A stretch of DNA of 24,211 nucleotides from Candidatus Krumholzibacteriales bacterium (GCA_046483305.1 JAWODM010000069.1:1-24211), one strand, 5' to 3'; positions 1 to 9,337 are shown, counted from the first letter of the stretch. Program-made: numbers and translations. Notes: generated from the sequence alone by a model not told the origin.

Positions 1-215
1 GTTTTAAAAATCAGAATTAAGAATAGAACCAATGGGGTTCTCTATCTGAATTCTGCCCGGAATAGCGATTATGCCTTCATCAGCTTCCCGGCAATTCGAC
101 TATTTCCACAGAGATAGAATCATGGACAGATCACACCCGCTTATCGTACTATTTCATCAGGAAAAAGAAGGTTTATGAATTATTCGGGTTAAATGATTTA
201 TATAAGAAAGAAAAA

Positions 216-914
216 GTGATACAGAGCAGGGAAGGCAAAAAGGTATTGCTGATTTCCTTATTCTGGATTTTACCCTCTCTGCTCATATGGCTTCTGTATC
301 CAGTGCCGATCACGAGGCATTTTTTTATAGTTATCCCGGCTGTTGTTGTCATTCTGGCGGAATTTGTTCTCAAAAGGTATCGGAATGGCAGAATTGCCAT
401 GATTGTTGCCTTGATTATTATACTTAATCTGGCCATACCTGAAATACTCTACCGGGGTTATAATTCATTATCTGCGGGACCAGGGAAAGAACCACACGGG
501 GCTTTTTTCTATTACCACTCCAGAGTCAATGCGCGTATATCCAGGTATCACGTCATGCAGAAAGAGATAGAAAATATTGCTTCGAGAGGCCCTGGATACT
601 CATCCGGGTTATTCATTCCGGTCAACTGGGAGTCCTACGGCTATGCCCTTTACGGGATGGCCGAAACCGGCGAACTGGTATATGAAAGAAGCAGGGAGAT
701 TTCACCCGGTACGTTTATCCATGAATATTCCCTGTTCGGCACCGATGCCGCTCTTGCTTTCTCGAATGATTTCAGCAGAAAATCGATACCCGGTGAAATT
801 CGCAGAAAATTAACAGAGGCAGTAGCTATTGGAAATACTGCTGTTCTCCCGGCAGAGTTAAAAAACTCTGATGCTGTCAGGGGTATACCTGATGCTCAGA
901 TAAGAATCTACTGA
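216..914 (+). CDS. Membrane protein resembling the C-terminal half of a GT-C (ArnT/PMT-like) glycosyltransferase; possibly a 5'-truncated remnant
   Basis: Three hydrophobic segments in the first ~80 aa, including ITRHFFIVIP (similar to the late R-Y/H-x-x-x-x-x-P motif of GT-C membrane proteins), then a soluble domain. GTG start without a clear SD. The frame is open upstream only to a TAG at 63-65. Confidence 0.5.
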   Translation: MIQSREGKKVLLISLFWILPSLLIWLLYPVPITRHFFIVIPAVVVILAEFVLKRYRNGRIAMIVALIIILNLAIPEILYRGYNSLSAGPGKEPHGAFFYYHSRVNARISRYHVMQKEIENIASRGPGYSSGLFIPVNWESYGYALYGMAETGELVYERSREISPGTFIHEYSLFGTDAALAFSNDFSRKSIPGEIRRKLTEAVAIGNTAVLPAELKNSDAVRGIPDAQIRIY

Positions 915-1370
915 AACAATTTCCTGACTGCAAATCGTATATATCGTTCATATCTATCTTGAAATAAAACAAAAGCAAATAATAGCAGGCAGAATGCAGG
1001 ACTGAATTTTCTGAAGGTTTGACGGTTGCAGTATTTTCAGGCCGTTTGAAAGGCGCTGATTTGTTTCTTGGCCAGTAGCGTCGATCCCGATTCTTTCATT
1101 ACCATCTTCAGGAATTCTCCCCGCCGCCGTTTCCATCTGTTCCGTTCCGTCCTCAATTGTAACTTTCATTACCAGCCCGATTACCTTAATTTTCATAATG
1201 TATGGTTATCGTACCTCCTCGTTAAAGAAGATAAGCTTGCCTTCGGCAGGGAAAATCGACTTAACCTGCCTATTCAGGCATAAAACTTGAACTAACTGTC
1301 TGTTTGTACAGAAGAAAGCCATAACAACAGGACATTCAGCCGGGATTATCAATTTCAGAGGGTTACTTCA

Positions 1371-3278
1371 ATGCTGAAACATTTATTCATACTGTCGGTT
1401 ATCATCAGTCTTGTTTTCCTGACTAGTTGCAGCGAAGAAATCAGTTACGAAGACCCTGAAGAGGACTCTTCTCTTGATGACCGCCCGAATCCCCTGAAAA
1501 CCTTCATCCGTGACAACTGGACGGATGGAGATGTTACAGACACAGGCGGATTGCACTACCCGCATATAAAAGTGGCAGGACACAATTGGAACAATCTTGC
1601 CGAACTGGGCGACGGAGCCGAGCAGGCTGAATTTGTGGTGGATAATTTCGATCTGTATATCTGGGGAGGATCCATAGTTGGGGATCATGCGAATGGGCAG
1701 TATCAGGATTTCATATGGATATCAACTATCCAGGGGCCATATATAAGCTCTGAATTTGATTCCATTCAGACTGTCGCCTGGCTGTCTGATTCAACCAGAA
1801 ATACCGGAGGATATTCCTGGGAAGATATTACCATGCACTTCAAATATAATTGGGTAGACCGGTGGGGTAATTATTTCCATGGCTGGAATCCGGCAGACGA
1901 TCTGGATGGCGACGGCTGCAGAGATAGTGCCCAAGCGAGTGATTCAGCAAGAACGGCCGGGTGCATCAGCGATTCTGAGATGTATGGTTTTGAGGGAACA
2001 TCTGACCGGGAGTGGTGGAATTATTTGAAGATCATGCATGAAGGCGCTCTTAGGTTGATAACTGATATAGTGTTGGAGAATATGCGGAATCAAGATTACC
2101 GTATGAGGGGCGTATACCACGATAACAGGGGAATGCTGGAAAACATGGATTTCGGTATTCAGAACAGTTTTGCATATGAAAATGATGATCTGCTTTCGGC
2201 AAACCAGGAATACTATGCTGATAAGCTGAGATCGGTAACTGCAATGGGAATCGATTATATAGAGCCAGAAGCCCCATGGATGAATCTGCATTTCTGCAAT
2301 TTGGGCTCTCCCTATCATATCTGCGAAAAACCTTCTGAATCGAAAGAGCGGGTTTTTGAATACATAGAAAATATGCGTTTGGAAAACTGGTTAATTACTG
2401 ATTACAAGTATTATTCCTATTTGTATCTGACAACGGACAGGCGGGAAGATTATCTGAACTGTCCTTTCCTGAACTGGCTGGAAAAGGGCAAGGGGATCAT
2501 TTTCTGCGTGAAGGAGAATTTTCCCGGAAGTGACCGGGGCAGGTTATTTTCCCTGGCAACTTTCTATATGATTAATCATCAGATGGCTTTCTATGGATAT
2601 AAAGCTGTGGGTTACCCCGCCGGAGAACATGTTTCCGCCTGGAACTGGAATCCTTATGTGGCGTACCATATAGGACAACCGGCAGCCAACACTCTGGGCC
2701 TTGAGGACTTCCAGGGCAATTCCGGTACGGACCGTTACTTCGTCTGGAAAGAAACACCTGATTATGAAATACTGGGAAGGGAGTATGTGAGAGATGATCT
2801 CTCGCATGTGCTGGTTCTCTCCAAGTTGATGACGGAAGGCGGAGAAGAGGGAGCCGATCCGACCACCCATGAACTTCCGGGATGCTATCAGAGTGTGCAA
2901 TCTGATCTGACCCTGGGGCCGCCCACCAGGGAAATTACTCTCCGCAATAATGCGGGGGCGATCCTGGTAGCAACAGAAGGCTGCCAGGCCCCTCCGGAAG
3001 CTGATTTTTCCGCGGACAGGACATTCGGGTTTATCCCTCTGACAGTGGAATTTACGGATCATTCAACCAACTTTCCCGTTTCCTGGAATTGGGATTTTGG
3101 AGACGGGTCAAGCTCCTCTGTTCAGAACCCCCGGCATACCTACGATCAGCCTGGTACATACACGGTAACGCTCAGCGCGGCGAACTGCGACGGTACCGGT
3201 ACTGAAACCAGCGCTTCATACATTATAGTGAATGAAAATGAAGACGGGGGTAGCAGGGATGATCCGTACCAGCCGTAA
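1371..3278 (+). CDS. Secreted lipoprotein with a putative glycoside hydrolase (GHL15/GH168-like TIM barrel) domain and a C-terminal PKD domain
   Basis: Signal peptide with lipobox LTSC; GAGGG SD upstream. Unambiguous PKD domain at ~2991-3230 ([38 protein letters not shown]). The central region has [27 protein letters not shown] and GREY..VLV motifs resembling GHL15-type proteins. The PKD call is strong; the GH call is moderate. Confidence 0.8.
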   Translation: MLKHLFILSVIISLVFLTSCSEEISYEDPEEDSSLDDRPNPLKTFIRDNWTDGDVTDTGGLHYPHIKVAGHNWNNLAELGDGAEQAEFVVDNFDLYIWGGSIVGDHANGQYQDFIWISTIQGPYISSEFDSIQTVAWLSDSTRNTGGYSWEDITMHFKYNWVDRWGNYFHGWNPADDLDGDGCRDSAQASDSARTAGCISDSEMYGFEGTSDREWWNYLKIMHEGALRLITDIVLENMRNQDYRMRGVYHDNRGMLENMDFGIQNSFAYENDDLLSANQEYYADKLRSVTAMGIDYIEPEAPWMNLHFCNLGSPYHICEKPSESKERVFEYIENMRLENWLITDYKYYSYLYLTTDRREDYLNCPFLNWLEKGKGIIFCVKENFPGSDRGRLFSLATFYMINHQMAFYGYKAVGYPAGEHVSAWNWNPYVAYHIGQPAANTLGLEDFQGNSGTDRYFVWKETPDYEILGREYVRDDLSHVLVLSKLMTEGGEEGADPTTHELPGCYQSVQSDLTLGPPTREITLRNNAGAILVATEGCQAPPEADFSADRTFGFIPLTVEFTDHSTNFPVSWNWDFGDGSSSSVQNPRHTYDQPGTYTVTLSAANCDGTGTETSASYIIVNENEDGGSRDDPYQP

Positions 3279-3408
3279 TTTGAGGTCATGCTCCGTCCGC
3301 TTCGCTCCAGTCCGGCAATAATCCTGTTACTGTTTTATCCTCATATATGTTAATATCCCTGCAGAATATAGTAGTAAGGGCAAGCCGGCTCCGGCGGAGA
3401 GAACAGAA

Positions 3409-4083
3409 ATGATATCACACCGCTACAGATGCATATTTATTCACATACCCAGGACCGCGGGCACCAGCGTTGAAAGCGCCCTGGGCCATTTCCAGGGTGA
3501 GGTCAGCAGGGGGGACCAGGATCACAGGAGTATCCGGATAATCCGCAGGCCTCTTCTTCATCCCGGGATATTCTCCTCGGCGGAGAACCTGGCCGAGGCG
3601 ATCAGGTCAATACGCTCCAGGTTCAGAAAATATTCCAACCCGAATAATTCGATCACCGTGAACCGGCGCCAGTACCGCGATTATTTCAAATTCACCGTGG
3701 TGAGGGATCCCTGGAACCGGGTCTATTCAGCCTACCGCAACCTTATCACCGATCAGTTTCACCGCCGGAACCTGAATATCACCGGCGAACCTTCCCTCAA
3801 CAGCTTCCTGAAGAGGTTTGCAGGTAAGGATATGCTGAAACCGCAGACATACTGGATAAAGGACTACGACGGGAAGATACCGATGGACCTGGTGGTGAAG
3901 TTCGAAGATCTGGAAAGCGGGTTCAGGGAAGTGGCCCGGGCCCTGGGTGATCAGTCGCTGGCCCTTCCTCACCAGAACAGGGGCGGAAGCGGTATTTACC
4001 GGGACAGATACGATGACGAATCGGCCGGGATAGTGGCCCGGTATTACCGGGAGGAGATCGAACTGTTCGGCTATTCTTTCTGA
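3409..4083 (+). CDS. Sulfotransferase family 2 protein (PAPS-dependent)
   Basis: 5'-PSB motif FIHIPRTAGTS, 3'-PB motif FTVVRDPWNRVYSAY, KPQTYW, KFEDL and C-terminal EIELFGYSF are all typical of bacterial Sulfotransfer_2 proteins; GGAGAG SD. Confidence 0.9.
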   Translation: MISHRYRCIFIHIPRTAGTSVESALGHFQGEVSRGDQDHRSIRIIRRPLLHPGIFSSAENLAEAIRSIRSRFRKYSNPNNSITVNRRQYRDYFKFTVVRDPWNRVYSAYRNLITDQFHRRNLNITGEPSLNSFLKRFAGKDMLKPQTYWIKDYDGKIPMDLVVKFEDLESGFREVARALGDQSLALPHQNRGGSGIYRDRYDDESAGIVARYYREEIELFGYSF

Positions 4084-4146
4084 CAGTTCCTCTCTCCGGG
4101 CTCCCCTTAATTATCTTTTCGTTTAAATCACACTTTGTTATTATTC

Positions 4147-4175
4147 CTGAAACAGTTTCTGGCAGCATTTATAAT
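4147..4175 (+). promoter_or_regulatory. Candidate sigma70 promoter for the dipeptidase-ecfT-truA unit
   Basis: CTGAAA (4147-4152), 17-bp spacer, perfect TATAAT (4170-4175), 19 nt before the ATG at 4195. Confidence 0.5.
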
Positions 4176-4194
4176 AGATCAGAAAGGAAACGGC

Positions 4195-5826
4195 ATGAAG
4201 AAGTTGATCCTCATTATGTTTACATCTGTGATTCTTTTTGCTTCTCCGGACCGGGTTGCCGGCTGCACCAACCTGCTGGTTACTCCCGGAGCCTCCGAGG
4301 ACGGCTCGGTGATTATCACCTACACCTGCGACGGCGAGTTTCACCCCCGCCTTGAGTATACACCTGCCGCCGATCACCAGCCGGGAGAGTTTATCGAGCT
4401 TCGGGACTGGAGCGGAAACCTGATGGGTAAGATAAAGCAGGTCCCGCATACCTACGCGGTTACCCAGCTGATGAACGAACGTCAGGTGGTGATCGGGGAG
4501 ACTACCTTTACCGGGAGAGAGGAGCTCCGGAACCCTGACGGGCTGCTGCACTACTGGTGGCTGATGCGGCTGGCGCTGCAGAGGGCGGCAACGGCGAGGG
4601 AAGCTGTAGAAGTGATTACATCCCTGGTGGCGGAGTACGGATACCGGAGCACCGGGGAATCGATCTCCATCGGGGACAAAAACGAGGCCTGGCTCCTTGA
4701 AATCATAGGTACAGGCCCGGGGGGAGAAGGGGCGGTGTGGGTGGCCCGGAGGGTGCCGGACGGTTATATCTGCGCCCACGCCAACAAGGCCAGGATAGGG
4801 GAGTTCCCCCTCGATGATCCCGAAAACTGCATATACTCGGAGAACGTTATAGATTTTGCCATAGAGAAGGGTTACTACGATCCGGATTCGGGCGAGCCGT
4901 TCAGCTTCTGCGAGGCCTACTGCCCGGCCACTCCCCAGAAGAGGCGGTATACCTCTACCAGGGTATGGAGTATCTTCAGGAGGGCGGCCCCTTCCCGGGA
5001 ATTTCCCCCGGATTACCACCGGGGAGTGGAGGGCGCCGAGCCCTACCCGCTCTGGATAAAACCTGACCGTAAGCTGTCATTGAGCGATGTTATTGACCTG
5101 ATGAGGGACCATTATGAAGGGACCGGGTACGATATGACGAAGGGTGTTGATGCCGGCCCATTCGGTACCCCCAACCGCTGGAGGCCGATGACCTGGAATA
5201 TAGACGGAGTGGATTATACCTGGGAGAGGCCTATCTCCACCCAGCAGACCGGATTTTCATTCGTATCCCAGTCCAGGAGCTGGCTGCCCGACCCGGTGGG
5301 CGGGGTTATATGGTACGGACTGGACGACACCTACTTCTCCTGCTACGTTCCCCTCTACTGCGGGATAAATGATTTGCCCCCCTCCTATACCATCGGGAGG
5401 ATATCGGAGTTTTCCCGGGATTCGGCATGGTGGATATTCAACCTGGTGGCTAATTTCTCGAATCTGAGGTACTGCCGGATGAGGCCTGATATTCAGGAGG
5501 TTCAGTCAGAGCTGGAGCGGGAGCTGATAGCCCTTCAGCCCGCGGTGGACATGACCGCAGCCGGGCTATATGAAAAGGACCCTGCTCTTATGACCGCGTA
5601 TCTCACTGATTTCTGCAGGGTTCACGCCGAGAGAGTGGTGGACCGGTGGCGGGAGCTCGCCGGGGATATGATACGGAAGTACAACGACGGGTACACCCAG
5701 GAGGAGCGGGGAAGGCCGTCGGAGACAGGTTACCCGGAGAGCTGGCTGCGGAAGGTGATCAGGTTGAGGCCGGAGCAGTTCAGGCTGGAGGCCAGGGAAG
5801 AGCTGGAGAAGGATCTGCCCTATTAA
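4195..5826 (+). CDS. C69 family dipeptidase (Ntn hydrolase), exported
   Basis: ATG at 4195 after AAAGGA is preferred to the TTG at 4135. Signal peptide MKKLIL..VAG is followed by the nucleophile Cys in CTNLLVTPGASEDGS. Further motifs: MNERQVVIGETTF, TAREAV, AHANKARI, RDHYEGT, ERPIS. Confidence 0.9.
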   Translation: MKKLILIMFTSVILFASPDRVAGCTNLLVTPGASEDGSVIITYTCDGEFHPRLEYTPAADHQPGEFIELRDWSGNLMGKIKQVPHTYAVTQLMNERQVVIGETTFTGREELRNPDGLLHYWWLMRLALQRAATAREAVEVITSLVAEYGYRSTGESISIGDKNEAWLLEIIGTGPGGEGAVWVARRVPDGYICAHANKARIGEFPLDDPENCIYSENVIDFAIEKGYYDPDSGEPFSFCEAYCPATPQKRRYTSTRVWSIFRRAAPSREFPPDYHRGVEGAEPYPLWIKPDRKLSLSDVIDLMRDHYEGTGYDMTKGVDAGPFGTPNRWRPMTWNIDGVDYTWERPISTQQTGFSFVSQSRSWLPDPVGGVIWYGLDDTYFSCYVPLYCGINDLPPSYTIGRISEFSRDSAWWIFNLVANFSNLRYCRMRPDIQEVQSELERELIALQPAVDMTAAGLYEKDPALMTAYLTDFCRVHAERVVDRWRELAGDMIRKYNDGYTQEERGRPSETGYPESWLRKVIRLRPEQFRLEAREELEKDLPY

Positions 5827-5850
5827 TATTCAGAGAGAGGTTTGGCCTGA

Positions 5851-6588
5851 ATGGACCTTAGATATGTGGAAGGGGATTCGCGTCTTCACCGGATGCACCC
5901 GGTGGTGAAGGGTGGAGCGCTGCTGCTGCTGGTGATTGCCTCATTTATCTACGGGGCTGTTGTTAATCTGGCGCTGGTTCTATTCCTGATAATTATCTCG
6001 GTGGCAGCCGGGATAGGTTCGGGAAGGATTCTCTCTCTTCTTAAGCCGGTGCCGGTTTTTGTCATTATTATTATCGCCGCCAATATTCTTCTGGTGAGGA
6101 ACGGGCAGGGCTATTCCTCCGGTATGGCCCGGGGGTTGGTTCAGGGTATCAGGATAATGGTTTTGCTGCTCGCCGCCGGGCTGTTCTGGACGGTAACCGA
6201 CCCGGCCCGGTTCTCCGATTCGGTGGTATTTCTGGGAGCCCCGCTGCGTCTCTTCGGCATAAGCAGGGAAGACCTCTCGCTTATACTGATGATTATCTTC
6301 AGTTTTATTCCTCATATCCGTGAAGAGGTTGACAGAATAAGGAGAGCCAGGATGGTCAGGTGCGGGCACGGAGGATGGCTTTCACTGAAAAAGGGGGGGA
6401 TTCTCCCTCTGGTCATTCCTCTGATATCCTCCGTTCTCAGAAGGGGAGAGGAGATGGAGATGGCTCTGTGCGCGAGGCATTACGGGGCCGGGCGGAGCGG
6501 GAGAGGAGAGAAAATCCCCTCCTCCGATATATTAATTGGAATTATATTTTTTCTGGCTTTCCTGCTGGGGCTTTATGCGAAATATTAA
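5851..6588 (+). CDS. ecfT: Energy-coupling factor transporter transmembrane component T (EcfT/CbiQ family)
   Basis: N-terminal DSRLHRMHPVVK, about 5 TM helices, TVTDP, FIPHIREEVDRIRRARMVR and AL-ARHY coupling helices; classic position directly upstream of truA. Confidence 0.85.
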   Translation: MDLRYVEGDSRLHRMHPVVKGGALLLLVIASFIYGAVVNLALVLFLIIISVAAGIGSGRILSLLKPVPVFVIIIIAANILLVRNGQGYSSGMARGLVQGIRIMVLLLAAGLFWTVTDPARFSDSVVFLGAPLRLFGISREDLSLILMIIFSFIPHIREEVDRIRRARMVRCGHGGWLSLKKGGILPLVIPLISSVLRRGEEMEMALCARHYGAGRSGRGEKIPSSDILIGIIFFLAFLLGLYAKY

Positions 6589-7312
6589 ACTCACCATTGA
6601 ATATGACGGTTACGGGTTCCGCGGGTGGCAGGTGCAGCCGGGAGAGAGGACCGTGCAGGGCGAGATGGAAAAGGCGGTCCGGCAGATAACCGGTGAATTC
6701 TCGAGGGTTACCGCCGCCGGCAGAACCGATACCGGGGTGCACGCGGTGGGGCAGGTGGCAAATGTGCTAATGAACACAGGCTACCCGCCGGCCGTATTGA
6801 AGAAGGCCTTTAACGGCAACCTCCCCAGGGATGTCCGGGTCAGGAAGGTTGAAGAGGCCCGGCCCGGATTCAGCGCCCGGTACGACGCCTGGAGCAGGAC
6901 CTACCATTATATATTCTTCCGGCGTGAGACCGCGCTCTGGAGAAGGTACTTCTTCCCGGTATCCTGTAACCTGGACCTGGATGCCATGGGAGAAGGCGCC
7001 CGGGAGCTTGTGGGGAAGAAGGATTTCTCTTCGTTTGCTACCTCCGCCGGAGGGAATGACAATATCTGCCGGGTGGTATCATGTTCCATTCTTCCCCAGC
7101 CGCCCCTTCTGACCATCTCCATTACCGCCGACAGATTTCTCTACAACATGGTGAGGGCTCTGGCGGGAACGCTCCTGAATATTGGGAGGGGAAAGGGAGC
7201 GCGGATGAAGGAGATACTGGCCGAGAGGGACAGGAGGGCCGCCGGCTCCACTCTCCCCCCTTACGCTCTGTACCTGATGGAAGTCAGGTATCAGCCCCCG
7301 GGGCATGAATGA
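6575..7312 (+). CDS. truA: tRNA pseudouridine(38-40) synthase TruA
   Basis: MRNIKLTIEYDG..GWQVQP..TVQG, catalytic AGRTDTGVHA, FSARY, DFSSF, FLYNMVR. The true start is the ATG at 6575, overlapping the end of ecfT. Confidence 0.97.
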   Translation: MRNIKLTIEYDGYGFRGWQVQPGERTVQGEMEKAVRQITGEFSRVTAAGRTDTGVHAVGQVANVLMNTGYPPAVLKKAFNGNLPRDVRVRKVEEARPGFSARYDAWSRTYHYIFFRRETALWRRYFFPVSCNLDLDAMGEGARELVGKKDFSSFATSAGGNDNICRVVSCSILPQPPLLTISITADRFLYNMVRALAGTLLNIGRGKGARMKEILAERDRRAAGSTLPPYALYLMEVRYQPPGHE

Positions 7313-7315
7313 CAG

Positions 7316-7345
7316 CAGCCGAGGCCGCCCGGGCGGCCTCGGCTG
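7316..7345. repeat. Perfect 30-bp GC-rich palindrome directly after the truA stop codon (hairpin, no U-tract)
   Basis: CAGCCGAGGCCGCCC / GGGCGGCCTCGGCTG are exact reverse complements with no spacer. Confidence 0.9.
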
Positions 7346-7376
7346 GAACATCCCCTTCCTATTATTGTAAAAACGG

Positions 7377-7405
7377 TTGTGGATTATGGCTGATGTTTGT
7401 ATACT
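7377..7405 (+). promoter_or_regulatory. Candidate sigma70 promoter for the tal-to-rng gene run
   Basis: TTGTGG (7377-7382), 17 bp, TATACT (7400-7405) in an AT-rich intergenic region; strong SD AAGGAGG before the ATG at 7451. Confidence 0.5.
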
Positions 7406-7450
7406 GAATTTTTGCCGCAATAGACAGATTTTCATAAAAGGAGGCAGATA

Positions 7451-8095
7451 ATGAAATTCTTCATAGACACTGCGAATGTTGAGCAGATAAGAAAGGCTTC
7501 CGAGCTGGGAGTGCTGGATGGTGTAACCACCAACCCTACTCTGCTTTCCAGGGAAGAAGGGGATTTCAAGGATGTACTCAAGGAGATCTGCTCGATAGTT
7601 CCCGGGCCGGTCAGCGCCGAGGTGGTTTCGCTGGATGCCGAAGGGATGCTGGAGGAGGGCAAGGAGCTCTGCAGGATAGCGGATAATATAATTATAAAGG
7701 TTCCCTGCACTATGGAGGGGATCAAGGCTATCGGGATGTTCAGGGCGGAAGGTATCGACACCAATGCCACTCTCTGTTTCTCGGCCAACCAGGGGCTTCT
7801 GGCAGCCAAGGCGGGCGCGACCTTCGTCAGCCCCTTCGTGGGAAGAATCGACGACATTACCTGGCCGGGAATGGAGCTGGTAGACGACCTGATGACCATC
7901 TTTACCAATTATACATTTGCCACCGAAGTTATAGTTTCCAGCATCAGAAGCGTTCAGCATGTGTACGAAGCCGCTCTGATTGGCGCTGATGTGGCTACTA
8001 TCCCGTTCAAGGTCATCGAGCAGCTGATGAAGCATCCCCTTACTGATGTGGGGATCGAGAAGTTCCTGGCAGACTGGGATAAGGTTCAGAAGTAA
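7451..8095 (+). CDS. tal: Transaldolase, small class (Tal/Fsa family, Bacillus/Thermotoga type)
   Basis: [16 protein letters not shown], Schiff-base Lys in IIIKVP. SAEV (Glu) and FVSPFVGR (Phe) are the transaldolase-type residues rather than the Gln/Tyr of fructose-6-phosphate aldolase. Confidence 0.93.
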   Translation: MKFFIDTANVEQIRKASELGVLDGVTTNPTLLSREEGDFKDVLKEICSIVPGPVSAEVVSLDAEGMLEEGKELCRIADNIIIKVPCTMEGIKAIGMFRAEGIDTNATLCFSANQGLLAAKAGATFVSPFVGRIDDITWPGMELVDDLMTIFTNYTFATEVIVSSIRSVQHVYEAALIGADVATIPFKVIEQLMKHPLTDVGIEKFLADWDKVQK

Positions 8096-8140
8096 CCCCG
8101 GCGGCTCGGTGCCTGAGAGGTTGTTAAGAGGTGATCGGCA

Positions 8141-9337
8141 ATGAAAGATATCTATTCGAGATGGGCCAGAGCTCTTCCCTACGCGGTGGGAGCTGTATTC
8201 GCGCTGGCTGTGGTTCTTCTGGTAATATCAATAGTGATGTTTCAGAGGGCCAGCCGGGTGAGCCCTTTTCTGGCCGAACCATCCGGGCAGTTTGAGGGCG
8301 AGCCTCTTCCCGAGACCGATTTTTCTTCAATGATAAGCGCGGGGGAGCGGATCGGCTCGTCGGTGGTAACCATTACCGCTTACCGGACCAAGTTCGTAGG
8401 TATAAAACCGCAGACCAGTTACGAATGGTTCATGCAGATGGCCGGGAGAATCCCCAGAACCCGGGAGAAGAAATATCCGAGTTTTGCTTCCGGGGTGCTG
8501 GTTAACCCCGAAGGTTACATACTGACCAACGAACATGTAATAAGGAATGCCGAGGAGATCTACATTACCCTTCCCGACAGCACCGAGCTGGAGGCGGAGA
8601 TAACGGGGAGAGACGCCAACTTTGACCTGGCTCTCCTGAAGATCGAAGGTTCCGGGTACCCCTTCGCCCGCCTGGGAGACTCAGACCAGCTGAAGATAGG
8701 GGAGCCGGTTATAGCGGTGGGAAGCCCCTTCACCTATCTCTTCAACGACACCAAGCCGACAGTGACCGCGGGGGTTATCAGCGCCCTGAACAGGGATGTC
8801 CGGCAGGAGCAGGGCTCTGTCAGGGTATTCAATAAGATGATTCAGACCGACGCCACCATCAACCCGGGTAACAGCGGAGGGCCCCTGGTATCCAGGGATG
8901 GAAACGTAATCGGGATAAACACCTTTATTATCTTCGGCGAAAACAGCAGCGCCAATATCGGGATGGGGTTCGCCATACCGAGCAATACGGCAAGGAAAGT
9001 GATGGAGGAAATAATCGAATACGGGTATGTCCGCACGGTTACCACCGGGATCGGAGTGGTGGAGCTCAGCGAGGAGGTTGCCCAAGAGCTTTCCCTGGAC
9101 CTGGCCAGAGGACTGCTGGTCCAGCAGGTCGACCGGGACGGGCCCGGCGCGAGGGCGGGATTGAAGGTTGGGGATATAATAACCGCCATAGACGGCAAGC
9201 CGGTAAGCAGCCGGTACCAGGCGAACCGGCTCATTTTCGGGAAATGGGTGGGGGAAACCCTCAGGGTGGAAGTAAACAGGGATGGAGAAACCATTGAGCT
9301 GGAACTGGAATTAGCGGAAAAAAGGCCGGAGGCCTGA
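8141..9337 (+). CDS. HtrA/DegS-family trypsin-like serine protease with an N-terminal membrane anchor and one PDZ domain
   Basis: Catalytic triad in TNEHVI, FDLALLK and INPGNSGGPL; TM segment near residues 13-34; PDZ domain GPGARAGLKVGDIITAIDG. Confidence 0.95.
   Translation: MKDIYSRWARALPYAVGAVFALAVVLLVISIVMFQRASRVSPFLAEPSGQFEGEPLPETDFSSMISAGERIGSSVVTITAYRTKFVGIKPQTSYEWFMQMAGRIPRTREKKYPSFASGVLVNPEGYILTNEHVIRNAEEIYITLPDSTELEAEITGRDANFDLALLKIEGSGYPFARLGDSDQLKIGEPVIAVGSPFTYLFNDTKPTVTAGVISALNRDVRQEQGSVRVFNKMIQTDATINPGNSGGPLVSRDGNVIGINTFIIFGENSSANIGMGFAIPSNTARKVMEEIIEYGYVRTVTTGIGVVELSEEVAQELSLDLARGLLVQQVDRDGPGARAGLKVGDIITAIDGKPVSSRYQANRLIFGKWVGETLRVEVNRDGETIELELELAEKRPEA

Noticed and set aside
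1..54. Imperfect inverted repeat (13-54) and a possible minus-strand TTG-start gene leaving the window at 32
   Set aside because: Too short and AT-rich to support; no convincing SD and only about 10 codons visible.
1093..1174. 12-bp direct repeats 70 bp apart as a degenerate CRISPR array
   Set aside because: Only two short copies, no third unit at the same period and no cas genes.
4135..4194. Longer ORF-track starts for the dipeptidase (4135), truA (6536), tldD (15971) and the LapA-like gene (23483)
   Set aside because: Downstream ATGs at 4195, 6575, 16019 and 23390 fit SD position, gene overlap or family N-termini better.
7310..7345. TGA followed by a hairpin as a selenocysteine (SECIS) or readthrough signal in truA
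   Set aside because: TruA is already complete at this stop, the extension (QQPRPPGRPRLEH..) is not protein-like, and the perfect stem lacks SECIS features.
7451..8095. Fructose-6-phosphate aldolase (fsa) activity
   Set aside because: The diagnostic residues are Glu (SAEV) and Phe (SPFVGR), which indicate transaldolase.
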